Below, in pieces: positions 47,579 through 56,117 of a stretch of 62,800 nucleotides of DNA. Within the stretch, counting starts at the first letter, position 1; each line of letters opens with the position of its first letter. The notes beneath the pieces were generated by a model. The model saw only the letters and a program-made list of their open reading frames with translations, had not been told where the DNA came from and ran no database searches. The stretch comes from a virus (taxonomy: Duplodnaviria > Heunggongvirae > Uroviricota > Caudoviricetes): IMG/VR virus record IMGVR_UViG_3300042544_003430; one strand, given 5' to 3'. Position numbers and translations under genes: made by a program.

Positions 47579-48253
47579 ATGACAACTATAAGCTATGCTG
47601 CACCTACAGGGGGAAATAACTACGACGGAGGAAACGCCTCTGATCAACAAACCCTCCTTGTGGTTGGGGACGGAAACAGTACCTCAATTTTACCTCCTGG
47701 TGGATCTGCAGAGTTTTTAGTTGACTATGCTATTATAGCAGTAAATAAAACTGCCTTAAGGAGAGTAAATTTAACTTTTTCCAATTTCAACGACCCGAAT
47801 AACATTAGATTTTATAATACAGCATTAAATGTATCTTGGCAGAAATACACGGAAGAAACCTTGAGTCTGGTGGATTTTTTCCATCCAATTCAGTCTTTTT
47901 CTAATTATCAAAAACAAACCTTTAATATTCCTGCTTTAACCTCTATTAATTTTGACGTTGGTAATTTTGAAACTACCTACGGGGAGGTTAGTCTTTTAAT
48001 GGCTCAAGCTGAGTATCTTCCACATTTAACTGTTGATACTGAAAATATTATTTATTGGAATTATAAAAACTCTCCTAGATATGCAATGGGAGAATTTATG
48101 GTCTTGACTGGAGCAGTTAAAACTACTTCACCTTGGTTTGGCTGGCAGGTTGATCCTGGTGAAGATCCAGATTATACCGGAATAGAACCAGGATTTGTGT
48201 TTACCAATCCAACCAATTACACGGTTAGAATAACAATATTAACAGCAAACTAA
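47579..48253 (+). CDS. Hypothetical (putative structural) protein, paralog of 48253..48798
   Basis: Shared W-x-Y...GE-x-M-x-L-x-G...GW...TNP pattern. Confidence 0.55.
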   Translation: MTTISYAAPTGGNNYDGGNASDQQTLLVVGDGNSTSILPPGGSAEFLVDYAIIAVNKTALRRVNLTFSNFNDPNNIRFYNTALNVSWQKYTEETLSLVDFFHPIQSFSNYQKQTFNIPALTSINFDVGNFETTYGEVSLLMAQAEYLPHLTVDTENIIYWNYKNSPRYAMGEFMVLTGAVKTTSPWFGWQVDPGEDPDYTGIEPGFVFTNPTNYTVRITILTAN

Positions 48254-48798
48254 TGGCAAGTAGACCTATTATATGCCCTCCAGGAACAATACCTGGATTT
48301 ATATTCTTCAAAGATAAATTTGTCTTGGATGAATCTAATGTCAAGACAACTTTTTTTGATCTATCTTCTATACTTATTGGGGTAACTGCTTATTCTAGAA
48401 TGAGAATCAGTTTAAAGTCTAATACTTCCGTTATGATAAGTCAGAACGATCTAGTCGACGACAAGGGATTTGCTAGATGGATTGCAATCAAGGTTAAATA
48501 TCCTGCTCCGATCAGCCCTATTTTATACAATGCTGCTCTTCCAGTTATCCCAGGTTTACCTAGACCGACTAACGGAACTCCAGAGAACCAAAAGTATTTA
48601 ACATGGACTTATGACGGGAACACTTATCCTATCGGAGAATTAATGATCCTTTCTGGTAATCCTGCAGGATCGATAAACTCAGAAGAAATTGGATGGAATT
48701 TATCAAGCCAGGATTTAGTTTATCCCGGAGGAGGAATTACTATCACAAACCCACACGCTGCTATTGATGTTAAACTCGAAATAATAGTGGCTAGATAA
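48253..48798 (+). CDS. Hypothetical (putative structural) protein, paralog of 47579..48253
   Basis: LTWTYDGNTYPIGELMILSG...IGWN...ITNP. Confidence 0.55.
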   Translation: MASRPIICPPGTIPGFIFFKDKFVLDESNVKTTFFDLSSILIGVTAYSRMRISLKSNTSVMISQNDLVDDKGFARWIAIKVKYPAPISPILYNAALPVIPGLPRPTNGTPENQKYLTWTYDGNTYPIGELMILSGNPAGSINSEEIGWNLSSQDLVYPGGGITITNPHAAIDVKLEIIVAR

Positions 48799-48863
48799 AA
48801 AAATTGAGTTATTTTTAAAACTCGAATGAATATATAAGAGAAAAATTTCCTTAAAACAAGGAA

Positions 48864-48871
48864 GATATATA
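48864..48871 (+). promoter_or_regulatory. Putative late promoter GATATATA
   Basis: 24 nt before 48896. Confidence 0.6.
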
Positions 48872-48895
48872 AACTGTAAAAAAACAAACAGGAAA

Positions 48896-51757
48896 ATGGA
48901 TTTAATAAACAAATTGCAAACCTTAAAAGAATCTACTCAATCGAGAGAAGTAAAAGATCTGTGTGAAGCTTATATTAATGAGCTTAAAAACGGGAACGAC
49001 ACAATCACAGAATCTAAAATCTCCGAAGCGATAGAATCTAAAATAGAGAATAAAATCTCTCCTATGGAAGCTCTGAGAAGAGAAGAAATGGATTTATCCA
49101 GATCAAGAGCACAAGCTATCTCTGAATCTTGGGGTGGTTTAGGAAATAAATTAGCTAACAAGAATGCAGGTTCTTACGTTGATGGAGCTAAAGATGAAGT
49201 TGCTAAACCAACTCAAAAACAAGGTCTTCTAAACGAAGCACTTGAAAGCATGGCTCAATTCGATCCTTCTGCTGCTTCATTTGTGAAGTCTAACAGAGTG
49301 GAAAATTTAGGTATTATGGAATCTATCTTAGATTTTTCTAAGAAAGGTATCTTCGATCACGGTAGCTTTAAAATTCTTTGCGAGAATTATGTTAATTTAA
49401 TTAAGAATAAAAATTTACCTGAATACATAGTTGCTGAGTCTTTCGTTAATGAATTCTCTAATTATTCTTGGGATTCTTCTGTAAAAAATGCAGTTAATTC
49501 CGTAACTGAATCAATCAATAACTTAAGACCTGAAATCGAAGCTTCTAAAGCTTTATATCAAATTGCTAACACTGGAAATTCATCTTTCTATTCTCCTGCA
49601 ACAGAAACTATCACTAAATGGTTAGTATCTGAAGGAAAATCTACAGCTGCCCTTTCTAAAGACCTTAGAGTTTGGTCATTCAATCCAATCATTAAAAATT
49701 TAATTAACACCCTAACTGTTTTAGAATCTAATGGTTCTAAAATGAATATCCCAACCATCAACGGAAATTCTGAAGTAAAGAAAATCTACTCTCCAGTATT
49801 AGTTGAAGGTAACAAAACTATCTTTGCAATAGGAAAAACTCTATTTGAAGGAAGTTCAGCTGGTGTTAGAAAACTAACTCAGAGAGACATTTCCATAATG
49901 GATAAAAACTTCCTGGGTTTATTAGAATCCTTCGTTTCGGAAAATGTTAAAGCTGACGATAAAGGTATTTCTATCTACGCTGGGGATACCAAAATTTCTA
50001 TCGTTTTAGAAAATGAATCGACTAAAGTTTATTTAAATAATGATCTAGTTAACTTCAGTGATTACAATCAACTTGCTAAATTAGTTTCTTTCAAAATCTC
50101 TAGAGGACTTGGTGCTAACGAAAGTAAAGTTATCAATGATTTAATCAGATTATACGAAAACTTTGATAAAATTGTAGAATTGGATTTTGCAAAATCAATC
50201 GTTTCTAAAGTTTACGAAGGTGCATCTGTTAGCTTGATTAAATGGGATGGTAAAATATTCCTACAAAGAGTTAATGAAGCAATGAGAGAAAATTCTCTAT
50301 TTAACGTTAACGGATCTCAAGCAGTTGGTATGGTAAGAGATTTCTTAAAATATGATATCTCTGAAGGTCTAACTGAATTCTTAGACGGAGAAAGAAGAAT
50401 TAAATCTATCATGCTTAACGATAGAAAACAGGTTATCGATAACATTTCGATAGTAGAAGGTGAAATGAAAAAGATCGAAGCTTTAGTTTCTACCAATCCT
50501 TTATACAAAGGTTCAAAACAACTTTCTGAAGCTTACTCTCTATTAGAAAAGGAATTACAAACTCTTAAATCTAAATGGTCTACTATCAATGCAGAATTAG
50601 ATTCTATGGATAACAACTCTACAGAAATTTCTGAAGAATTAATGGAAGATTCTAAATTTACAGTAGGTGACTATGTAAAAGTAAAAGAGAGCGGAAATAC
50701 TGGAAAAATTATTTCTTCAGATAGTAGCTCAGGTTCTTACACTGTTCTTTTAGATAATGGTAAAACTGGAGAATATGGTGTAGAAGATATTTTAGATCTT
50801 GAAGAAGCTTTCAAACAATCTTCTGAAGAAAATGCAGAAGAAGGTGAAGGCGAAGAGGTTAAAGAATCTGTTACTATGTCTAAAGCTCCTTCAACAGGTA
50901 AACCAGTTCACGGAAAAACTCCAGCTCAGGTTTTAAAAGCTAGCACTTCCTCTGCTCCAACAGGAAAAGATCAAGATAAAGACGGAAAAAAAGACGTTGA
51001 AAATCTTAAAGATGCAAACTTAGAAGAAGCTCCAGAAGATAAAAACAAAGAAATTAAATACGAAGCCGAAGACGGAATTGGATATAACTTAGGTGAATCT
51101 CAAGATTCCCTAGTTTCAGCTCCTGAAGGAAAACCTAAAGGAACTAACATGGCTACAGAATGGGAGAAATCAGGTTTAAAAGCTATGAATCTAGCATCTG
51201 CTCCAGGTAAAGCCGAAGGTGACGCTGATTATGCTATTGAATATCCAGATCCAAAAGCTTCTAAAAGCCCAGAGATTTCTAAACTTAGCCCTAATTTAGC
51301 ATCTGCTCCAGGATCAGGTAAATCTAAAATGGACGAAGCATCAGATCTTTCTAAAACAAATCAAGAATTAGCTGAAGCTCCAGGAGGATCGCATGAAGCG
51401 GATTACAAAATTAAAATCAATATCCCAGGTGCTTCTAACCCGGATAGCGATAACTTAGCAACATCTAATTTAGTAGTAGCCCCTGAGAAAGGTGCTAAAG
51501 TACCTACTAAAGATTCTACAAATCCTAACTTCGCAACCTCTCCAGGTAAAGAAGAAGGAGACGCAGGATATGAAGTAGAATACTTAGATGTTAAATCTTC
51601 TAAAAATGCAGACATCGATAATTTAGATACTGCAAATCTAGCAGAAATTCCAGCTAAAAATACTCAATCCCAAATTGACATTGAAGTTAATGCTGAAATG
51701 GGATACAACTTAACAGAAGGTTTTGAAAGACCAAGTCCCGAATTAAAAAAAAATTAA
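48896..51757 (+). CDS. Large putative prohead core/internal head protein with SH3/KOW-like domain and C-terminal (N)LAxAP repeats; likely -1 frameshift extension to 51930
   Basis: Many I/L-x-E sites; FTVGDYVKVKESGNTGKII domain; repeated NLASAPGK/LAEAPGG/GYNL units. Confidence 0.55.
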   Translation: MDLINKLQTLKESTQSREVKDLCEAYINELKNGNDTITESKISEAIESKIENKISPMEALRREEMDLSRSRAQAISESWGGLGNKLANKNAGSYVDGAKDEVAKPTQKQGLLNEALESMAQFDPSAASFVKSNRVENLGIMESILDFSKKGIFDHGSFKILCENYVNLIKNKNLPEYIVAESFVNEFSNYSWDSSVKNAVNSVTESINNLRPEIEASKALYQIANTGNSSFYSPATETITKWLVSEGKSTAALSKDLRVWSFNPIIKNLINTLTVLESNGSKMNIPTINGNSEVKKIYSPVLVEGNKTIFAIGKTLFEGSSAGVRKLTQRDISIMDKNFLGLLESFVSENVKADDKGISIYAGDTKISIVLENESTKVYLNNDLVNFSDYNQLAKLVSFKISRGLGANESKVINDLIRLYENFDKIVELDFAKSIVSKVYEGASVSLIKWDGKIFLQRVNEAMRENSLFNVNGSQAVGMVRDFLKYDISEGLTEFLDGERRIKSIMLNDRKQVIDNISIVEGEMKKIEALVSTNPLYKGSKQLSEAYSLLEKELQTLKSKWSTINAELDSMDNNSTEISEELMEDSKFTVGDYVKVKESGNTGKIISSDSSSGSYTVLLDNGKTGEYGVEDILDLEEAFKQSSEENAEEGEGEEVKESVTMSKAPSTGKPVHGKTPAQVLKASTSSAPTGKDQDKDGKKDVENLKDANLEEAPEDKNKEIKYEAEDGIGYNLGESQDSLVSAPEGKPKGTNMATEWEKSGLKAMNLASAPGKAEGDADYAIEYPDPKASKSPEISKLSPNLASAPGSGKSKMDEASDLSKTNQELAEAPGGSHEADYKIKINIPGASNPDSDNLATSNLVVAPEKGAKVPTKDSTNPNFATSPGKEEGDAGYEVEYLDVKSSKNADIDNLDTANLAEIPAKNTQSQIDIEVNAEMGYNLTEGFERPSPELKKN

Positions 51758-51930
51758 AATCGGCACTGAGTAGAGTTTGGTCTTTTGCTCCTGAAAATGA
51801 GGAGGAAGAATCCAAGAAAACAAAACCAGACGTGGAAAGTTCAGAAGGAAAAATGAGTGTAGCTCCAGACGGTAAAGAAAAGAAAGCGGAGACTATAGAT
51901 CAGGAAGAAGAAGGACAAGAAAAAGAATAA
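51751..51930 (+). CDS. -1 frame extension of 48896..51757 (59 codons)
   Basis: After the A9 run the -1 frame reads KLKSALSRVWSFAPENEEE...MSVAPDGKEKK...EKE* and fills the gap up to 4 nt before the next ATG. Confidence 0.6.
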   Translation, partial: KLKSALSRVWSFAPENEEEESKKTKPDVESSEGKMSVAPDGKEKKAETIDQEEEGQEKE

Positions 51931-51934
51931 AGAT

Positions 51935-52234
51935 ATGCAAAATTTACAATTATACGAAGCATTTGGAAAAGGACCTGCTAATGCAGTTAACCCTTTATTC
52001 AAAAAGAATTTTCTAGATATGGCTACTAAAGCTTTCGGCTATAAACTTAGCGGAGAAACTTTAAGCAGAGATATTGATGGTGTTAAATCTACTATCGTAG
52101 TTAAAGATTCTGGAATTAAATCCGATCTGACTGGAGAATATCCGTTAACTAAAACAAAGTCAGTTGACTATGTTAAATTCTTAGTTAAAGTGGCAGACGA
52201 AGCTAGAAAAGAGGCTAAAAAATTAAAAAAATAA
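51935..52234 (+). CDS. Small hypothetical protein, putative internal head protein
   Basis: Leader MQNLQLYEAF. Confidence 0.55.
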   Translation: MQNLQLYEAFGKGPANAVNPLFKKNFLDMATKAFGYKLSGETLSRDIDGVKSTIVVKDSGIKSDLTGEYPLTKTKSVDYVKFLVKVADEARKEAKKLKK

Positions 52235-52236
52235 GA

Positions 52237-52884
52237 ATGAAGAACGTTAGATCATTTGAGGATTTCCTTAACGAAAAAAGAACATTTTTAGGAGAAAGTA
52301 TTTTCCATGATGTTCAACCCGATAATTATTTCGAAGGTATAATCTTTGAAGCAAAACAATTTATAGATCAAGCAGAGCTTGCAAAAGAGGTTAAAAAATC
52401 TCTTGCAGATGGAGAGACCGTTTATGTTAAAATGGTTGGTAACCCACACAGACCGGTTAGAACTGTTTCCCATAAATTAGGTAAACTATTCATGGACTTG
52501 GTTAATTCTATAGCTTATGGAGAATTCAGAAAAAGATGGCCTAACCTAAGCGAAGAGCAATTTGATGAATTAATTTCTCTCACTTTGAAAGATCTTCTTT
52601 TAGATTGGCACAAGAGTGTAGACAAGCCAGGATTAACTGACGGACAAATCTACGGAAACTTAAGAACTTTAATCAAAACCAGAATGCTAGGTGCTAATCA
52701 CCAGATCATGAGAAAAGTTACTCAAGAACCTCCTGCTTCTTCTAGTGTTGACTACGATGCGATCGATAAATCTATCAACAAAATCCTTACAGGAAAAACC
52801 GATAGACTTTACAGACCTGCAGTTAAAGCTCCAGAACAAGGAGAAAAAAGCTGGTTTGACGAGCCTATGGAATACGAAGACTAA
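52237..52884 (+). CDS. Divergent gp55-like sigma-factor paralog with capsid-targeting-like leader
   Basis: QFIDQAELAKEVKKSLADG aligns to NYVKNSDLMRAIMESKEKG of 52996, with later blocks also colinear. Leader MKNVRSFEDFLNE. Confidence 0.5.
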   Translation: MKNVRSFEDFLNEKRTFLGESIFHDVQPDNYFEGIIFEAKQFIDQAELAKEVKKSLADGETVYVKMVGNPHRPVRTVSHKLGKLFMDLVNSIAYGEFRKRWPNLSEEQFDELISLTLKDLLLDWHKSVDKPGLTDGQIYGNLRTLIKTRMLGANHQIMRKVTQEPPASSSVDYDAIDKSINKILTGKTDRLYRPAVKAPEQGEKSWFDEPMEYED

Positions 52885-52919
52885 TCCCACGTCTTTAGAA
52901 ATATACGGGTAAAACCCCC

Positions 52920-52965
52920 GAAACCAAATCCGCACCTAGTGATATAATACATTAAGTGCGGATTT
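52920..52965 (+). promoter_or_regulatory. Class III motif GAAAC-N18-TATAAT nested in a long hairpin (probable terminator of the upstream operon)
   Basis: AAATCCGCAC (52926-35) pairs with GTGCGGATTT (52956-65); TATAAT (52943-48) is in the loop; T-rich tail follows. Confidence 0.6.
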
Positions 52966-52995
52966 TATTTTTACACTAATATCAATTAAAAAACA

Positions 52996-53352
52996 ATGGC
53001 AAATTACGTAAAAAACTCAGATTTGATGAGAGCAATCATGGAATCTAAGGAAAAAGGAGTTTTAACCCCAGAAACTATAGATATGTTTTACCTTATGATT
53101 CATGGGATATCTAAAAAAATGTCTTATAAGGATCCAGAAGATAAAGAAGACTGTATGGCTTTTGCAATGGAGGATCTTTGCAAATACTGGAACAGATTCA
53201 ATCCTGAGAAATCAAATAATCCGTTTGCATATTACACTCAGATTGCAAAGAACGGATTTGCTAAAGGATGGAAGAAAATTCACCCACCAAAATCACCTAA
53301 AACTATACCTTTCTCGCATATTACCGGAGACGAAAACTCATATAACGTTTAA
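52996..53352 (+). CDS. gp55: Late-transcription sigma factor (T4 gp55-like)
   Basis: NYVKN..L, EDC..FA...L.KYW.RFNPEKSNNPFAYYTQIAKN motif. Confidence 0.8.
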   Translation: MANYVKNSDLMRAIMESKEKGVLTPETIDMFYLMIHGISKKMSYKDPEDKEDCMAFAMEDLCKYWNRFNPEKSNNPFAYYTQIAKNGFAKGWKKIHPPKSPKTIPFSHITGDENSYNV

Positions 53353-53357
53353 GTTCT

Positions 53358-53840
53358 ATGTCGATCAAAAAAGTAAAACCAAATGGGATTTATAAATCTG
53401 GTCTTTATGAACCAATAAATCCAGAGAAATATATCGGGGACGTTCACAATATTATCTTCAGGTCTTCCTGGGAATTTAGATTTTGTAAATATTGCGACAC
53501 CAACGAAAACATTCTAAAGTGGTCATCCGAGCCACTCCAAATTTCATACTATAATCCTTTAGATAAAAAAGATCACATTTATAATGTGGATTTTTATATT
53601 AAAGTTTTAAAAGAAAACGGGGAAGAAGCAGAATGGATCATAGAGATAAAACCAGAAGCTCAACACAAAAAACCAGTTTTAACCCAGCCGGAAACTTTAC
53701 CAAAAGTGAAAGCATATAATAGGAATATGCAGATCTGGATAACCAACCAGTCTAAATTTAAAGCTGCTAGAGAATGGGCGGCCAAAAGAAATTACAATTT
53801 TGGAGTTGTTGACGAAAATTTCCTATTTAAGAGCTCATAA
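53358..53840 (+). CDS. gp4: Head completion nuclease (T4 gp4-like, TnsA-type)
   Basis: NPEKYIGD..NIIFRSSWE..FC..CD....LKWSSE, VDFY, IEIKP, KFKAA. Confidence 0.88.
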   Translation: MSIKKVKPNGIYKSGLYEPINPEKYIGDVHNIIFRSSWEFRFCKYCDTNENILKWSSEPLQISYYNPLDKKDHIYNVDFYIKVLKENGEEAEWIIEIKPEAQHKKPVLTQPETLPKVKAYNRNMQIWITNQSKFKAAREWAAKRNYNFGVVDENFLFKSS

Positions 53841-54448
53841 TGGATTTTAAAGAACAAATTATAGAATATAGAAAAACCGAACCCTCTATTCCTGCTTTAT
53901 CTTCCAAAACGGATGTTTATTTTCTAGATAAATATGGAACCGATAAAAAGGGAGGGGATTTCAAATATTCAGGAATTTTAATCCCAGGAAATATTTATTT
54001 TTTTTCGTACCCAACAAACACAGAGCTTAGCGAGAAAGTAAGATTTATTAACAGAAATCCGTTGGTTCTTTATATCTCTTCTGAAAGAGTAGGAGAAGAA
54101 ATTATCGTTAAGACTATAGATTTAACCTTAACCCCTCCGGAGCAAAGACTAGAAATTCTTCAGAAGTTTTGGGATCAGTTTCAAAGCTCTATTGAATATA
54201 ACAAAAAGAAAATCTCCGATGGGGGAAATCCCGATGAAATTAGATTAACCTCAAAGGATTTACCTTCTCTTTTTAAAGGAACAGGTTATACTGGATCTTT
54301 CACAGGATTTAAATTTAAATACATGAGAGACATTAAGGGGATAGATTACTCAGATTGGCACAAACTACCCTATCTAAAATACACTCAAGTCCAGGGCATT
54401 CCTGTTAACGAGATATATAATAACTATAGATCGAAATTAAATCAATAA
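53840..54448 (+). CDS. DNA end protector (T4 gp2-like)
   Basis: PGNIYFFSY...NPLVL...DLTLTPPEQRLEIL resembles gp2; adjacent to gp4. Confidence 0.55.
   Translation: MDFKEQIIEYRKTEPSIPALSSKTDVYFLDKYGTDKKGGDFKYSGILIPGNIYFFSYPTNTELSEKVRFINRNPLVLYISSERVGEEIIVKTIDLTLTPPEQRLEILQKFWDQFQSSIEYNKKKISDGGNPDEIRLTSKDLPSLFKGTGYTGSFTGFKFKYMRDIKGIDYSDWHKLPYLKYTQVQGIPVNEIYNNYRSKLNQ
54412..54419 (+). promoter_or_regulatory. Putative late promoter GATATATA
   Basis: Inside the 3' end of the gp2-like gene, upstream of the portal pair. Confidence 0.55.
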
Positions 54449-54477
54449 TCGGTCTATAAACTAAAGACAATAATACA

Positions 54478-56094
54478 ATGGCAGGTTTTATAGAAAATCC
54501 ACAAGGAAGTCCAATATTTCAGAGAATTCGAGATTCAGTTAAGGGCCTTAGTAATTTCGGACTGAATTATGGAGACATGGTAGTAAAAAATTCTCAAGCT
54601 ATCGGTCAGACCGAAGCAGCCTTTCTAAAGAAAGGTCTAATTGAGGATGAAACCATGCTATATGCTTTAGCAAGACAGGATACCTCCACAAAACAGTATG
54701 TTTCTTATTTTGATAAGGATTATAAAGGAAAAAGAGATTATCTAAGAAAATTTTCTCTTAATCCAGAAATAGAATTTATTCTGGATACTGTAAATGACGA
54801 AGCAATATCCTATGACACTCATAATTTCTTTGCTTATCCTGCATTTTTAAATCTGACTGGATTAAAAGAAAATATAACTAACAGAATAAACGACAATTAT
54901 AAGAAGTTGTATGACATGTTTGGATTTACTGATGACATCACAGCTTGGCAGTATTTCAGACAATTTTTAGTTGATGGTTTTATTGCATTTGAAATCATCT
55001 ATGATGACAAAGGAAAGAATATCATAGGGTTTAAAGAAATTGATGCTATGACCCTAATGCCTTCTGTGGAGAAACAAATGGATGGCACCTATTTAAACGT
55101 ATGGTGGCAGTATTTTAAAGACCCTAGAAAGAAAAGAATGCTATATGATTCCCAGATAATTTACATCTCTTACGCGAAAGGTAACACAGTGTCTAGAGTA
55201 AGTTATACCGAAAGATTAATAAGACCTTACAATATTCTTAGAATTATAGAATATACTAGAGTTATCTGGTCCGTAATGAATGCTTCATTTAGAATGAAGA
55301 TGACAGTTCCGATCGGAACCAGATCCCAGCAAAAAGGGATGCAAACATTAGGTGAGTTAATGAGTATCTATAAAGAGGATATTACATTAAATGACCAGAG
55401 TGGAGAGCTTTTTGTTAACGGAGCACCTAAGATTCAGTTCTTCAAAAATTACCTAATGCCTTCTGGAGTTAATGGAAGTCCTACAATTGAACCTTTAAAC
55501 AACGTGGGTCCAAACTTAAATGATCCAGCTCCTCTTGCTTATTTCTTTGATAAATTAATCAACGAGTCAAAAGTTCCTAATTCCAGATTTACCGGTCCTG
55601 ATGGAGGAACTATGGGTAAATATGCAAATGCCGCAGAAGGACTTGATAAACAAGAAATAAGATTTGCTAAATTTATTAATAGATTAAGAACTTCTTTCCA
55701 GGACATTCTGATAAAACCTCTCTGGATTCAAATGTGTAAGGATTTTCCTGAGCTGGAAAAAGATTACATGTTCAAGAGCCAGTTAGGGTTAGATTATGTT
55801 TCGGACAATCCATTTACTAGAAATCAAGAGATGGAAATTATCACCAAGAAAAAAGAAGCAGTTGATGGTCTAATAGCTTTAACCGATGACACAGGAGGGG
55901 GATTTTTCTCTGTTCCTTATTTAATAGAAAATTACTTGGGGCTGAGCGCAGATGATATAAAAGCAAATGCTGAAGCTAAGAAGAAAGCAGAAAAATTAAA
56001 GAAAGAAGGAGCAGCACCAGCCGCAGGAGCAGCACCAGCCGCACCAGCAGCACCAGCCGCACCAGCAGCAGAACCGGCACCACCAGCAGCTTAA
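54478..56094 (+). CDS. gp20: Portal protein, copy 1
   Basis: PEIEFILDTVNDEAI, FRQFLVDG, ISYAKG.......SY.ERLIRPYN.LRIIE, YFFDKLINESKVP.SRF, EIRFAKFINRLR. Confidence 0.82.
   Translation: MAGFIENPQGSPIFQRIRDSVKGLSNFGLNYGDMVVKNSQAIGQTEAAFLKKGLIEDETMLYALARQDTSTKQYVSYFDKDYKGKRDYLRKFSLNPEIEFILDTVNDEAISYDTHNFFAYPAFLNLTGLKENITNRINDNYKKLYDMFGFTDDITAWQYFRQFLVDGFIAFEIIYDDKGKNIIGFKEIDAMTLMPSVEKQMDGTYLNVWWQYFKDPRKKRMLYDSQIIYISYAKGNTVSRVSYTERLIRPYNILRIIEYTRVIWSVMNASFRMKMTVPIGTRSQQKGMQTLGELMSIYKEDITLNDQSGELFVNGAPKIQFFKNYLMPSGVNGSPTIEPLNNVGPNLNDPAPLAYFFDKLINESKVPNSRFTGPDGGTMGKYANAAEGLDKQEIRFAKFINRLRTSFQDILIKPLWIQMCKDFPELEKDYMFKSQLGLDYVSDNPFTRNQEMEIITKKKEAVDGLIALTDDTGGGFFSVPYLIENYLGLSADDIKANAEAKKKAEKLKKEGAAPAAGAAPAAPAAPAAPAAEPAPPAA
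56011..56091 (+). repeat. Ala/Pro tandem repeat tail of portal 1
   Basis: gcagcaccagcc-type 9-bp units encode AAPAAGAAPAAPAAPAAPAAEPAPPAA. Confidence 0.85.
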
Positions 56095-56117
56095 AAAAAG
56101 ATAAACAAATAGAATAA

